A DNA stretch of 64,000 nucleotides from Cetorhinus maximus (lineage: Eukaryota). A model generated the notes under the pieces. That model was given only the letters and a program-made list of their open reading frames with translations, did no database searches and had not been told where the DNA came from. Positions 13,122 to 26,991 of the stretch are shown piece after piece (position 1 is the first letter of the stretch; every line of letters starts with the position of its first letter). The position numbers were made by a program, and so were the translations under genes. The stretch is taken from positions 94,054,001-94,118,000 of the forward strand of contig NC_135895.1 of assembly GCF_964194155.1 (NCBI RefSeq). The letters run 5' to 3'.

Positions 13122-14210
13122 TGGCCTAAATTTTTGCAATGATGGAGAGCCTCTATGCTATTACAGAAATGGATCTGGAGGCAGAAGTCTGGAGGTCCCT
13201 CCCCTGAATATGGCCATGACCAGCAGTTTCAGGGAGTCGGGGGTGGGGAGCCATGGGGGAAATCTGGGTGGGTTCCAAATTGCACAGTTCATGGAGACAG
13301 CTGCCTATATAAAATAACACTTGCCTCCAATCAGGCCCAATTTTCGTTAGCCAGGAGAGCAAATGCGTCGTGTGCTGATTAGTAGGTGCAGGTCTAAACT
13401 TTGTGAAGTTGCTCAGATGGGTAGGGTACCCTCTTGGACATGGTCCTGGGATACTTTTGGGTAAGTCAGGTGTCCTTTGAGAGAAGTAAGCTACCCTTTG
13501 GAATTATTAAAAATAATCATGAATGTGTGTAAAAAGTACAGTCAAGCTCATTGGGACTATCAAGAGCATTGTCAAAAGGAGTTGACAAAAGGAGCTGTCA
13601 AAGGGAACTGTCCAGCTGTCAAGGCATCAAAAAAACTCCTGACATTTAAATATTTGAAAAAATACTCTGCAGTGTTGAAAAAGAAACGAATGCTCATTAT
13701 TTCACTCTGTTGACATAAGCTTGAGGGTTGTCATTACTGGATTAGTGCTGCAATACTGATTTCACAGTTTCCCATTATTGCGGCTGGCATGGAGGGCCGT
13801 GGGGGATGGTGTGGGGACATGAGGTGGTATGGCGGGTATGAAGGGCCGTGGGGATAGCTGAGAGCATGAGGTGGCATGGGTTGGCATGGATGGGGCATGG
13901 GGAGTGCATGGGGGTGAAGGGTTTTGAGGGATGGAGGCTGGAGATCTGTTTCATGTTTTATTGTTCTTTTAAAAAACACCGACACAGTGCCAGTGCATCG
14001 AGGCAGGCCTTTCGCCCAGCCCACCTCCACACTCGGCAGCCTCTGCACACATTCCGGGGTCGCCTGCCATGATGACTTGCAACCCAACCCCCTCCCTGAC
14101 CCATCACTGGACCAAAAATCTAACCTGCTGGGGCACTTTCTCCCGGGTATGCAAACTCTGTGTTTCCAAACCGGGAGTGAAACTTCAGGCCTCCGAGTCT
14201 ACAGCTTGAC
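13122..14210. mobile_element. Composite/nested non-autonomous DNA-transposon (MITE) sequence
   Basis: ggcctaaatttt terminus; (ggcatg) G-rich tract at 13785-13925 resembling the 11196 MITE interior; boundaries uncertain. Confidence 0.35.
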
Positions 14211-15368
14211 TGAATCACATCACACATTCCAGCAAATTGTTGGGTAATTATTGGCCTGCCACTTCCGAGAAGAGCCAATACCACATCTTGTTAATTATAG
14301 TGGGTGGTGTCACTAAATGCAGCCAATTAGAATAATCAAATACACACATGAAAGTTAGTTACAAACAGTGAAGTCACGTCATTGTCTGAGTTAAGTAGTT
14401 GGGTTTATTAAGATACATAAGCGAGCAGTTTCATCTAAACTAGGAGTCTGGCTTTCAGTCTTTCTTTCTTTATCCCTTCTCGCTGCATTCAGCCGGCTGG
14501 CTTTCAAGGGCAGTTAGGGATGGGCAATAAATGCTGGCCCAGCCAGTGATGCCCACATCCCTTGAACGAATAAAAAAACACAGTTTATAACTTTCCAATG
14601 AAGTACATGCTGCAATGTTTGTGATTGCGCATTGCGTGCATGTGTAAATCAGCATACAGGCACACTCGGGGCGCTTTTAGAAGTTTGCAATGCAATTGGG
14701 AAACTTTCCCATGTGCAGCACAAATTGAAAATTCAGATATGCAATGCCCACAATATTCTGACCAACGTGGCGGAAAGATTCCTTGTCCACTAGCAAGTAA
14801 GGCTCATAAAATTTCCACTGATATTTGTAGAATCTTTGGCCCATCGTGCCTGTGTCAACTCATTGACAGAGAGATCCAATTAGTCCCAATTCCCCTACTC
14901 TTTCCCCATAGCTCAGGAAATGTAACCTTTTCATTCCAGATCACAACAACCCGCTGTGTAAATACATTTCTTCTCATCTCCACCTGTTTTTTCTTTACCC
15001 ATTAGCTTAAATCTGTGTCTTCTGGTTACCAACCCTCCCGTTTACATAAATTGAACTTTAAAATGTTCTCTGATTTCTTCATTCCCCTGGTCCTTTTCAA
15101 TAACAAGTAATGCTAATCACACAGGCCTCAATAGTTATGTGCTGGCATGTTATTCAGGTACTGGGCTTATCACAGACAAGGTCAATTCTGTGCCTGCCTA
15201 ATGTCCAGGCAAACATATTTGCTGCATTTAGGTTTGGCAACCCTAAGCAGATTCCACCCCTAACTCCCTACCCTGATCCCCATCGCCACCCAACCCCAAG
15301 TCCGACAGACCGTGGGGTCAATTATAACTTTCCTACTGCTCCCTGAATAGAGATATAACTAGTTCAAT

Positions 15369-16048
15369 GGGGCAGAATTTCACCCTTGTCGGGTGGGCTC
15401 GGCAGGGGCGGTCAGGAAGTTGACCGCGATCGGGGCCGGAAGGCAATTTCACACTGGCGGGCCAATTAAGACCCGCCCAGCGCAAAACGCGAGCAGCAGC
15501 GCTTAGCACTACCAGCGCAGGCAGGGGGTTGCGGGGAGTGCAAGCAGGGGGAATGCGACCTTGGCGCATGCGTGCTTCATAATCTCCCTGAGGCACAAAG
15601 CTGCCTCAGGGAGATGAAGTGTTGTATATAAAAAAATAAAGAAAATAAAAATGTAATGAAACAGGTACCTGCATGCGACTCTGTCACATGAGCAGGGGCA
15701 TGTTGTTGATTAAGTTTTAAAACTTTTATTTTATTTTTATTTGCTTTTGGAAACCTCATCCCGCAAATGGATGAGGTTTCCTAAAAAGTGCAAAGGCCGC
15801 TTGGCCTTTTTGCCTGCCTGCCGACCGTAAGGTTGGACGGGCAGCGAAAAATTCAAGTTAATTGATTACTTAATGGCCTTAACAGGCTTTTTAATTGTCA
15901 GTGGATGTGGTGCCGACTCCGGCGCGCGCCCGCCGACCGAAATATCGCGCGAGTGTGCGATGACGTCAGGGCGTTCGCCTGATGTCATTGCGCGTCATTT
16001 TAGGCTCAGTCAGGTCGGGCGCGCCAGCCAAGCTAAACGTTTTACCCC
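15369..16048 (+). mobile_element. Harbinger-type MITE family A (~680 bp)
   Basis: TIRs ggggcagaattt / cgttttacccc; colinear with the copies at 34031 and 39113; internal hairpins. Confidence 0.8.
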
Positions 16049-16589
16049 TGGAGTTGAACCTTCCTGGTTAACAGCTCTCGGTCCTTCATTAGAAAACACA
16101 TTGCATCTTTTTTTCCCTTCCTTCTGAACATGATGGTGCTGGTGCAGATTCGGGTGGCAGTTAAGCAGAGAAAAGTTGCATAGAAGGGGGTGGAATGCGC
16201 AGGGCTTCCCGTTAGGGCTCAGGTTACTAATCCATTATTATTTTAATATTAAAAGACCTTCCACAGGTGCCTGGCTCCACACTGGCAGCGACTGACTCCT
16301 CCAGCAAGTCTGGCCTATACTGCTGCCAATTCAAAAATTATGGCCCATGTCGTTTATAGTGGCAAAAAAAGTTTGATTTCAGCAGGAATCAGACCTCCCT
16401 TTCCCCCCATAAAATGCAGTGTAAAAACTACTGAGTTGACTGAGTATCTTTCCTCAACTCATTTCCTGGGAAAGTTCAAATAGAACAAATTTCATCAGAA
16501 TCCAATTTACTCTTCGCACGCTAATACAGTCTGCTCTCTGAAGTACAAATCTGGTTCTAAACTGCTATATTTTTTTTCAGATTGCTTCT

Positions 16590-16830
16590 TAGGATGAGGG
16601 AGTTACTGGCAGGGCTGGCATTTATTACCCATACCACTTTGCCAGGCCACTCCAGAAGGCAGTTAAGAGTCAACCGTTACTGGTATGGGATTGGAGACAC
16701 ATATGATCTAGACTAGATGAGAACACAGGTTTCCTTGGGGGCATTAATAAATCAGTCGGGTTTTTCTGACAGCCTGATAGCTTCATGACCACTTTTAGTG
16801 ATGCCAGCTTTTTATTTCCAGGTTGTTTTA
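16590..16830 (-). mobile_element. tRNA-derived SINE (family B) fragment
   Basis: Shares ggcagttaagagtcaacc and the ctggcatttatt.ccca tail with 45212 and 56182. Confidence 0.6.
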
Positions 16831-17199
16831 TTGTTCTGACCTATTACATTAAAGAGGAATATCACCGCCCAAATTTATTATCAGAAACCCAATTAAGAAA
16901 TCTCTCAACAGCAACAATGCAAAAAAATTGTGAAGCTAGAAGGAAAAGCATAACTGAAAAATAAGTGGCAAAAACTGTCTAACAATCTGCTCACCGATCT
17001 ACTTGTACAATTACTCAATATTGTGGAGGAGAGTTCAGAATCTGCTTGTATAGTTTTGGCAAAAGTGATGTTTAAGAAAGTACAGTGCCACTAGTAAAGG
17101 GTGGTTGTGTGCTGAAGAATATTCAGAAAATGCAATGTGAAATATTCAGATCAATCCATTTAGGTAGGTGATTCACACTCACTGTAGTCTGTCAAAGCA

Positions 17200-17655
17200 A
17201 TAAAAAAGCAGCACATTTTTTATAGCACCTTTCACAACCTCAGGACATCCAAAAGTTCTTTACAGTCAATGAAGTATTTTTGAAGTGTAGTCACTGATGT
17301 AATGTAGGATACAAGGCTGTCATTTTACATGGAGCAGGCTCTCACAAACAGCAATGTGATAATGAGCAGATAATCTGTTTAACTGATGTTGATTGAGGTA
17401 TATATATTGGCTAAGACATTGGAGAGAACTCCCCTACTCTTCTTTGAACAGTGATGTGAACCTTATATCTGAGAGGGCAGAAAGGAATGCGGTTTAACAT
17501 CTCACCTGGAAGATGGTGCCTCTGACAGGGGAGCAATCCTTCAGTAGTGCATTGGAGTGTCAGCCTAGTTTTGAATTCAAGCCTCTGGAGTGGAACTTGA
17601 ACTCACAACCTTCTGACTCAAAGGCAAGTATTGCTGCCTACTGAGCCACAGGTTG
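17200..17655 (-). mobile_element. SacSINE1/DeuSINE-like SINE, near full length
   Basis: Minus strand begins gtggctcagtagg..gagtcagaaggttgtgagttcaagt (tRNA A/B boxes), has a central conserved domain and an L2-like tail (tatagcacctttcacaacctcaggacatcc on +). Confidence 0.75.
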
Positions 17656-19967
17656 CAAAAATAGTGATATCTTCAGTTCGCCTGTGAGGTGCTTGGATAT
17701 AAGTATTCTTTGACTAGAGGTAACCTTTTGTTATCTGCAGCATTCCAATAATTTGGAGTTCTTCATTCAATGCCATTTTATAGCCCTCTCTAACAGTTGA
17801 AATGAGATCGGTCCACCTTACAATGAATACTGTAGACAACATGAGCTATTTATTAACCAGAACTTGCTACTTCCAGCATATATAAGATGCAGATACATCA
17901 TCCCATGTTAAAATAAAAAAATGGAGTTGAAAATAGTTTTAGATTTAATTAAATCCAGATCATGACTGAAACATTTAAAAAACTAAAAGAAAAACATTTT
18001 CCCTCCCTCTTATCTCACCAAGGGTATTGACTCCTGGGTGCAGGTGATTGTTGCCTTCTAGTGCTTTAAATGTGTGAACCTAAATAGTGGCTATAAGTTG
18101 GCTATTCAACTGTAGTAGGCCAAAATTTTCTGGATGGCAACCAGGATTGGCAACCCTGATTGATGCTTACCTCTGCAATCCCAGGTACTGCTAGGTCAAT
18201 TCAGCATTCCTACTTGCAATCGGTCTACTCAAGTTTAACCAAACTTCCTGCGAGGGAGACACAAGGCAGTGCCATCAACTGAGCGACAGCCTGAGCCCGA
18301 CGCGATAAACTATATTCTAGATAAATTTATGAAAGGAAGCAGAAGATATCACCCAGTTATGAATTGCACCCATACACCAAAGCAGTTGCTGCCACCTCAT
18401 CTGCCTTATCTGTTCCAATAAACAATAGGACTTGTGGCAAACTTGGTGCAATGACATCAGGAACAATTAGCCAGCCAAAGTTTCCATTATGTGAGCTGCA
18501 GCGGCCTCACAGTATAAGATTTTATAGGTGTCTTTGCTGCCTGCGCAATGAGGTTAAGGTTCAGAATGATGGTTTTCAGCGAGTATGTAACCTGGCCAGT
18601 TATAACTGCCCACCCACCTGGTTTTTGCTGGCTGGGGTGTCTTACAGTCAACAAGCATTGATGGTAATTCCTCTTTAAAAGAAAATGTAATTAAAGGACA
18701 AATTCAGAGAACTGAGGAAGCCTGTGATTGGAGTAGCTCTTTACAGGTTGAAGTATTTTGGGCTTTACGATAACTGATGTTGCAGAAAAAAAAGCATATT
18801 TTAAAATAGAGCAAACACTTCTAGCACACCAAACAGTGAAGCCTGCCTATTTCTAAATGACATTGATGGACTCCTGAGTGATAGATCACGAGGGCAAATG
18901 GCATTAATCAAAATGTCACTTGCAGCTGGATGTATGGGCAAAGTTTCAGGGAATGTTAAGCTTCAAAATAATTTTGATTGTGTTGAAAGGGACATCCGAA
19001 CAAAAATAATTATTTTGCTAGATTCCATTTGACTTGCAACAGAGTGTGTTCTGACTCAGATAAACATTGTGCCATGATTAGGAATAAAACCATGTGATGG
19101 CTGCATTTCATAATAAAGGGAGAAGAGGCAAGCACTTTGAGACACAAAATTATATTTTTACTGGATTCCATTTATCATGTAACAGAGTGTTCTCCTGACT
19201 GAAGATAAACATTATGCAACAGAATATTGTGCAATGGAGTCATTCTCATAAGCAGGAATGAACACGTCGGGTGAGTTTGAATAGAGATGCAATGGTCAGA
19301 GTCCAAACCCAGTTGCAAGCTGCTTGGGTGTTTTCTGTTACTTAGATCTCTGAAATGGAAGTTTGTGCAAAGCAAATTGTATCTTGCTGTCAGCAGTGCA
19401 ATACAAAATTGGCTTGGAAGTGTCTTTGGGTGGCTTAATTGGTCAAGAAAGCTGGGAATACAGATCGAGGTGATCTCCTAAGAAAAATAAACCAGTTTCC
19501 AGTTCCTGGTCATAGTGTAAGAACCCCTGCTGCGAGGTGCATGTATTCAAACATTGGGGTGGGATAGGTTTGGCCTCACCTTTGTTACTGCATATTTTGT
19601 CCAGTAGACAGTAACTTACTAACACAAGAAATGTACATTTTGGTAAAGTATTGGAGGGCAGCTATAGCACCTGTAGAACTGTGGCAGGAGGCAAAACCTT
19701 GTGGAAAGATGGGGAGACAATTGGCATAGAAAATTGACTTGGTATTGCAAATATGAAGGGGGTTATGTACGTGTTCAAGTACATATTTATCAATCAAATA
19801 CAGCTGTGTTAGGAATCCTAAAAAATGGGAGAATTAGGAACCGTGAATTTGGTTTGTTGCAGTTCTTGCCTTAGGAAAAGATTTTGTCCACATCAAGCTT
19901 TTTTGCATCAAGCATCATCAGTTTTGTGGAAGACTGTACAGAATTCCAACTTATTTAATCACTCCAG

Positions 19968-20345
19968 AACACAAGAATACAAGAATTAGGAGCAAGAGTC
20001 GGCCATTCGGCCCCTCAAACCTGATCTGCCATTCCATAAGATCATGGCTGATCTGATTGTGGCCTCAACTCCACTTTCCTGCCTGGCCTCCATAACCCTT
20101 GACTCCATTGTCGATCAAAAATCTAACTCAGCCTTGAATATATTCAATGGCCTAGCCTCCGCTGTTCTCTGGGGAAGAGAATTCCACAGACTAATGACCT
20201 TCTGACAGAAAAAAATTCTCTTCATCTCACCCTTAAATGGGAGACCCCTAATTTTCAACTTGTGTCCAACTTGAGACTCCCTCGCAATGCTCTCAGCATC
20301 TACCCTGTCAAGTCCTCTCAGGATCTTATATGTCTCAGATATCAG
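19968..20345 (-). mobile_element. CR1 3' fragment
   Basis: ETYKILRGLDRVD..KRIFFCQKVISLWNSLP; 3' tail of (TTCTTGT) repeats. Confidence 0.85.
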
Positions 20346-20624
20346 AAACATGGTTTTGAAACAAAAGAACATCCTTTAGCATCACATGGGAAAGTACAAG
20401 AGATGACAAATCAATTAAGCTCAAAGGAGAATGTACTTGTGACTCAACTTTCCAACACAAAGGATTAAATACATTCATAACTTCATTGTAAAAGTGGAAA
20501 AGTAATATCTCTAAATTCCCGAGCAGAATGGGGTAATGGGAGAAGAGATTGGCTGAATGCAAAATGTGGAGGATGTCATGATTAATGTCTATAATGTTAT
20601 TGGAAATCATTTTTAAATTGGTAT

Positions 20625-21387
20625 TGTAGTAGGGCCTGTGTCTATGCGTGTATCTGTGTGTGGCTTAATTGGATTAAAGCCAGCTAGTCTGGGTGCTTTG
20701 ATGTATAGTAGCTTTGGGATGTTAATTAGATAAACGTAAGGAAGTTAAAAGGTAAAGTACAATTTGCATTTTTAAATAAACCATTCAAAAGAATGGGTGA
20801 AATCTTGCACCTAGCTGGGAGACACCAAGCAATGTGTTTATATTACTAATAAAATCAGTGGGATGAAAATATTATTGTTAGGAGAGATAAAATTAAAAAC
20901 TTAGTAATACACTGGAAAACTTACATTCAAAGGGGAAGCTAGGTATAAACAGAAAGGGGTTTGTGGGTGTAAGTCAGAGGCATTTAAGATCTAACCAGCC
21001 TGTAAATCTGTGTTTGCAAAGAAACCAAACTGCAAGGAACCTCATTTTGAATTTGAAAGGTCAAATGTGCTTTGCCTGGTGTCTGTTTAAGTCTATGGGT
21101 TATTGGTGCCTTGGTGAAGATTTACCTGGGAGTGATTAATTTGGGGATTTGTTTAAAAGTTATTATGGTAATAATTTGTAGATATGTGTATGTGTTTAAT
21201 TTGTTGTTAATTGAATAAATGTTTAATTTAGGTTTAGATAGAAAACCTTTGGAGACTCGGTGGTCTTACTCCTGAATTCAGAGCTGCATCTCAAACATAC
21301 CAATTGAAAATATAGGTTATGACAGTTTTTTAAGTTTCCGTCTAGGATTTAAACAAATCAGCCTTTAACAACTGCTGTGTCATAACA
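20625..21387 (+). mobile_element. Solo LTR (763 bp)
   Basis: TG..CA ends (tgtagtag / cataaca); flanks ggtat / gggat (5-bp TSD, 1 mismatch); TATA-like gtataaa at ~20943; AATAAA at ~21214. Confidence 0.65.
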
Positions 21388-22204
21388 GGGATTCATCGTC
21401 ACACAGCCTGTGATTGAGCAACAGAGCTGCTTTTACACTTAGATTGAACCTATAACAGTGATTTTTCTGCAGCGCAATACTATTGAAGGCGAACAATACA
21501 CATGGCATACAGCTTCTTTTTTTTTTACTTACGTTGGGTGAGCTTTACTTGTTAGAGAACCATCCTGTTCTTTAGGCCCCTCTTTATCATTTACCTCCAG
21601 CGCTAGGGTCTTTGATACTGTGGACTGCCAGTTTTGGTGCCTTTCTTCTGAAAGGAGTCAGCAATGTTGGAAATACTAAAGTTAAAACAAAAGAAAATGA
21701 CCAAAATAAGTGGAATATCTGGTTTGCAATTGAAACGTGATACAATCCTGAAGTTCCAATGGAACAGATTTATTTTTTATTTCCTCCCTTTGATTTGCTG
21801 CAGGTGAGGTGATTTGCTCAGCTCATCCACCTAACTTTAGTTCACTATGTTATATGATATCTAGAAAATAATAGTCCTGGGGATAAATTACTTGTCCAAA
21901 TTATATGCACTTGTCATAGCAAAAGAAATTCATATTAAACATTATCCATGAATTTAAGAGGGGCTTTCTACTTCAGCAATCTCTGCTTAGGCCAGGAGTG
22001 CAAAATTAAATTGGGAAATGGTCTATCCTGAACCTATGATTTTCTGACCAAGGTTTTTTTTTGAAAAGATGAAGTCCAGGTATACCATGAGATTATTTAC
22101 CTAACCATGACTATTATTAGATTTCACATTGCCAGGAATGCAAAAAGATAGCCCCAGAACCAGACTAGCATGATGTTTCACTGGTAAGGATGCAATAAAG
22201 GAAA

Positions 22205-22925
22205 AAGAAAGATATGTTACTTCTGTAGCACCTTTCACAACCTCTGGACATCCTAAACTTCACAGCCAATTAAATACTTTTCTCAAGTGTAGTCTCCGTT
22301 CTAATGTAGAAAATGTTGTGTTTTTATAGCGATATAAAGGCACCAATCATTCATAAAATGATTGGGTAAACACGCTGTGGGTTCATTTATTGAGACTAGA
22401 CACTTGAGAACAGATATACATGGGTATAAAGTTTGAAGACACCAGCAGCAGAGTTGTCTGAGTGTCCGTGTGTGCTCTGCATAAAAGCAAAAGTGAAACT
22501 AAAACTAGATGGCATGACACACGTCCTTTCAAGTGATGTTATGTTGCAATTCCTTAAAGGCATATTGAAACAGGAAATGCGACAGCCAATTTGTGCACAG
22601 CAAGGCCCCATAAACAACAATGTGAAAACGATTAAATAATCTGCTTTGGTGATGTTGATTGAGGGATAAATATTGGACTGGACACAGCAAGAACTCCTCT
22701 CCTGCTTTTCCAATAGTGCCATGGAATCATTTACGCTCTCCCGAGAGGACAGATTGGGCCTCAATCTGCCTCACCTGAAATTTGGCACCTTCAGCAGACC
22801 AACACTCCCTTCGTACTGCTCTGATGAGTCAGCCCAAATTATGAGTTTAAGTCTCTTGAGTCAAACTTGAACTCACAACCTTCTAACTCACTGGTGAGAG
22901 TATTATCTCTAAGCCACAGCTGATA
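22205..22925 (-). mobile_element. SacSINE1/DeuSINE-like SINE split by a solo LTR
   Basis: Same domains as the 17200 copy; the sequence taatgtag(g)aaa|tgcgacagcc is interrupted at 22314-22572. Confidence 0.7.
22314..22572 (-). mobile_element. Small solo LTR (259 bp)
   Basis: tgtt..aaca termini; TSD gaaaa / ggaaa; minus-strand AATAAA at ~22385-22390; cleanly interrupts the SINE. Confidence 0.6.
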
Positions 22926-25236
22926 AAATTAAGCTTGTTAAAGGGCACAAAAACTTATCCTTTGCAAATGAATTTGAATTTGAAAGAACAGTTTGTTCTG
23001 AGATATAAAATTGCTTTGATATGATTTCTTGGCATTTTAGAACGCTTAAGATAGTCATCACTATGATTGTGAAAGTGGCTGTCAGTGAAGTACAGACCAG
23101 AAGTGTGGGATGAATTTTGAGAAAATGTTAACACTTGTTTAGATCAGAGTCACAGGCTGATTTACGGCACTTATGGAGATCTTTCAGCCCATCGAGTCTA
23201 TGCTGGCTCTCTGTGGAGCAATCCAATCAGTCCAATTCCTCTGTTCTATCCCTGTGACCCTGCAAGTTTATTTCCCTCAAGTGCCCATCCAATTTGCTTT
23301 TGAAATCATTAATCGTCTCTGCTTCCACCACCCTCAAGGGCAGTGAGTTCCATACGTAAAAAAACGTCTCCCTCACTTTCCCCCTGCATCGCTTGTCCAA
23401 AATCATAAATCTGCGTTCCCTAGTCCCTGTTCAATCAGGTAATGGGGACAGTTTTCCTTGTATACCTTATCTAAACATAATCTTGTATGCCTCTAGCAAA
23501 TCTCCCCTCCATCTCCTTTGCTGTAAGGAGAACAACCTCAGCTTCTGCAACCTAACCTTTTAACTAAACCATACCCCACCCCCACATTCCTGGAAACATT
23601 CTGGTAAACTTCCTCTGCACCCCGCAAGAAGCCTCACATCCTTCATAAGTGTGTTACCAGAACTGGATGCTTTAGTTGGGGGTCTACCCAGAGCTTTTTT
23701 AAAATATCCGCATATCGTCCCTGCTTTTGTACTTAATGCCTCTATTTATGAGGCCCAGGCTCTCATATACTTTGCTAACCACTCTCTCAGTACAACCTAC
23801 CATCTTCAAAGATATATGCACCTGAACCCCCAGGTCCCTCTGTTCCTGCACACTTCAGAATGTGACAATGAGTCTATTTGGTCTCTTTCTATCCCTTCTG
23901 CCAAAATGCATAAACTCACACTTCTCTATTAAATTCCAACCAGCACTTGTCTGCCCATTCTGCTCGTCTATCTACATCCTGTTGCCGCCAATTGGTATCA
24001 TCCTCACTGTTTGCCATTCCATGTTTGGTCTCATCGGCAAATTTTGAAATTTTACACTGTATTCCAACGTCCAAGTAATATTTATCTATCAAAAAAGCAG
24101 TGGTCCTAGCACAGACCCTTGAGGGACACCACTGTCTACCTGAAAAATAACCATTGGCCATAACTCACTGTTTTCTGTCCCTAAGCCATTTTTTAAATTC
24201 AACTTGACACAGACCCTCCTATTCCATGAGTTATAATTTTGTTAAGCAGTCTTTTATGTGGTACCTTGTCAAACGCTTTCTTAAAATCTATATAGACAAC
24301 AAACACTGCTTTCCCTTCATCAACTTTTTATATTATTTCATCAAAAAATTCAATTGGATTGGTCAAGCATGATCTGCCTTTTACGAATCTACACTGGCTC
24401 TCCTTATTTAACTCAAACCCTTCAAGTGCTTGTTGACTTTTTCCCTGAAAACCTTACCCACCACTGATGTTAAACTAACTGACCTGTAGTTGCTACCCTT
24501 ATTCAAGAAAGGGTGTAAGGATATCATGATTGCCATTCTTCAACCCTCAGGACCTCCCTGCATCTAGGGAAGAATGGATGATTATGGTAAGCTCTTTCTC
24601 TCCATCCCTACTTCATTTAGCAACCTGGGATGCAAGCCATCTGGACCAGGTAACTTCCACTCTAGCAGAGCCAGGCTTTTCAGTACCTCCTGCCTCAGTC
24701 TATCCAAAACCTCCGCCATCTCCACTTCTGCTAATATTTTGTCAGATTCCTCTTCCTTAGTAAACACCAATACAAAGTACTCTTAGTATTAAGTATTCTA
24801 ACCTTTCTGTGCCTCTAAGCATATATCACCTGTTTATCTCCAACAGGACCCACTCTGCCTCATGCTCTGGTTTTGGGGTTCCCTTTTATGTTGACTGTCA
24901 TTGTATTCTCTTATCCTCTCTTTGCCAGTCTATTTTCCTTTCCAATTCCCCATGCAACTTATTGGGTGGAATCATCCCAGCTTTGCACTAAGTGCGGCAG
25001 CAGGTGGGTAAAATGACGTTTTACCCGCCGGCCATAAAGGCGGGCTTTTACGCGATATCGCCCCCAAACCCGTCACATTATGCACACCCAGGAAACATGC
25101 CATTTCCATGGCGGCCAGGCACTCATTCGCCCACCTGCCATCACCTCGCTGCTTCACCACATTGGGCACCACATTTAAAGTCCAGCCGCAAGCACATATC
25201 TCAGTGCTTCCGGTCCACAACTGTTACACGAAAGAT

Positions 25237-26991
25237 ATAGCCCTGAAACTGAATACTGCAGCCCCCAGGTTCAGCGACACGTCCCTCGAGCGCCTTTTGG
25301 ATGCAGGCGAGGCCTGCCGTGATGTTCTCTATTCCCACTCTGGCCGCAGGATGGGCAGCAACAGCACTAACCTGGCTTGGGAGACGGTGGCAGCGGTGGT
25401 CAGCGCCAACTGCCTTAAAAAGAGGACCGCCACACAGTGCCGCAAGAGGATGAATGATCTCATCCGTTCTGCCAGGGTGGGTCACTCTTCTCATCGCTCT
25501 CAAATCACAAACACAAACCCATCGCGCATCCACACTGATCTCACTCACTGCTGGTTCAAGGGACATCAACTTTCACACTCACCTTTATTGTCCTTAGCCT
25601 GTCCATGGCACAACTCACCACTCACACAGGCCAGGTATACTTATAATCTGGCCTGACAGGTGTCCTACTTACACATTCTCCATCTCTATTCATGTAGGAC
25701 AAGCTGGCACACAACAAGAGGGAGAGGTCACAGACCAGTGGCAGAGTGCCCGAACATCAAAGTTCTCAGAATTTGAAAACAGAGCCATCCAGCTGGCCAG
25801 CGATGACCAGGACTGGTCCTGTGCTGATGGTGAGGTCATTGGTGCTCTACCAAGTGAGGATCCAGCAATGCAACATCCATCAGGCAACCATGCTGTGAGT
25901 GATGTGTCCTGTTTCACAGGCCACTGCCTGCACTAATTATCTCCCTTTCTTCCTCAGGCACATCTGGGAAACAGCCCATGGAGTCCACCAGACATGGCCT
26001 CAAATCAAGCCCTGAAGAAACCTCTGAAGAGGAATCTGAAGGCACCCTCCCTGAGGTCCCATCACATCGCTCACCCACACCCTCCACCAGTGCAGAGACA
26101 CACACCTCGGTGGGACCTAGCTTTACAGTAGCCCCAGGATCACAATCTGGTGAGCACATCGCACTTTCTAATCCACAGCAGGCAACAGCAGGGTCTTCCC
26201 AGGTCCCCGGCACTTGGAGAACTCCTAGAGGTCAGACATTTGCTGAGTCCGAGTCAGATGACGAGCCTCTGGACTTGGTCATGTCTCTGTTGCTGGAGTT
26301 GCAAAGGCAGCTTGGGAACATCAGGAAGTGATTCCGCTGCACTTCACAGACTGTGAGACAGGATGGAGGAGTCCATCCGCCTTCAGGCTGAGGTGATAGT
26401 GCCGGCAAGCAAAGGCACCGAGGTCAACACTGGCAGGATGGCGGCCGCTATGGAGGCCTTGGTCCAGGACGTCGCTCCTTCACTGCTGTGTGGGCTCAAC
26501 TCCATCGCTGATGCTGTAGTTGGCCTCCAACAGTGTGTACACGAGAGGGGTGCGGGGCAGCTCGATCTCACTCCAGCTACCCCTACTCCTCAAGGAGTCA
26601 GCCTGGGGCCCCCGGGCACCCACAGGGAGGAGGATCAGCAGGTGCACACTCCGGGCCCATCCACCCAGGTGACTTTGAGTGTGTCCGGCCCATCCAACTC
26701 CCCTCTTCCTGTGATCTCTGCAGCTTCAGCTCCACAGGCTAAGGAGGGTGCCACTGTCACACAGAAGAACCCCAAAATCACACCGGGACCCACCAAGCCT
26801 TGGCCCTTCAGAGGACGCCCAAGGTCATCACAGACAGGGCGACACAGTCAGCAGCCTGCCTCTACCTCCACTGTAGGTGTCGGGGAGCGCCAAGATTTAG
26901 TGGCAGGGTTAGTAAAATTAAGGAGAATTAGTTGCACAGCCTGGGCATGGGTGTTAATCACTCGTACATACTGTGCACTATTGTCAATAAA
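25237..26991 (+). pseudogene. Harbinger Myb/SANT DNA-binding partner gene (3 exons, NAIF1/TSNARE1/MSANTD-like)
   Basis: APRFSDTSLERLLDA..AWETVAAVVSA..RTATQCRKRMNDL; donor at 25477; exon 2 from 25698 (DKLAHNKRERSQTSG); exon 3 from 25958; AATAAA at 26986; probable start codon mutated to ATA. Confidence 0.8.

Noticed and set aside
17580-17655. tRNA genes (also 22850-22925 and 56490-56575)
   Set aside because: These are degenerate tRNA-like heads fused to SINE bodies, without an intact cloverleaf.
19043-19218. ~30-bp direct repeat (tgttct..gact.agataaacatt.tgc)
   Set aside because: Only two short diverged copies with no associated structure; likely a trivial local duplication.
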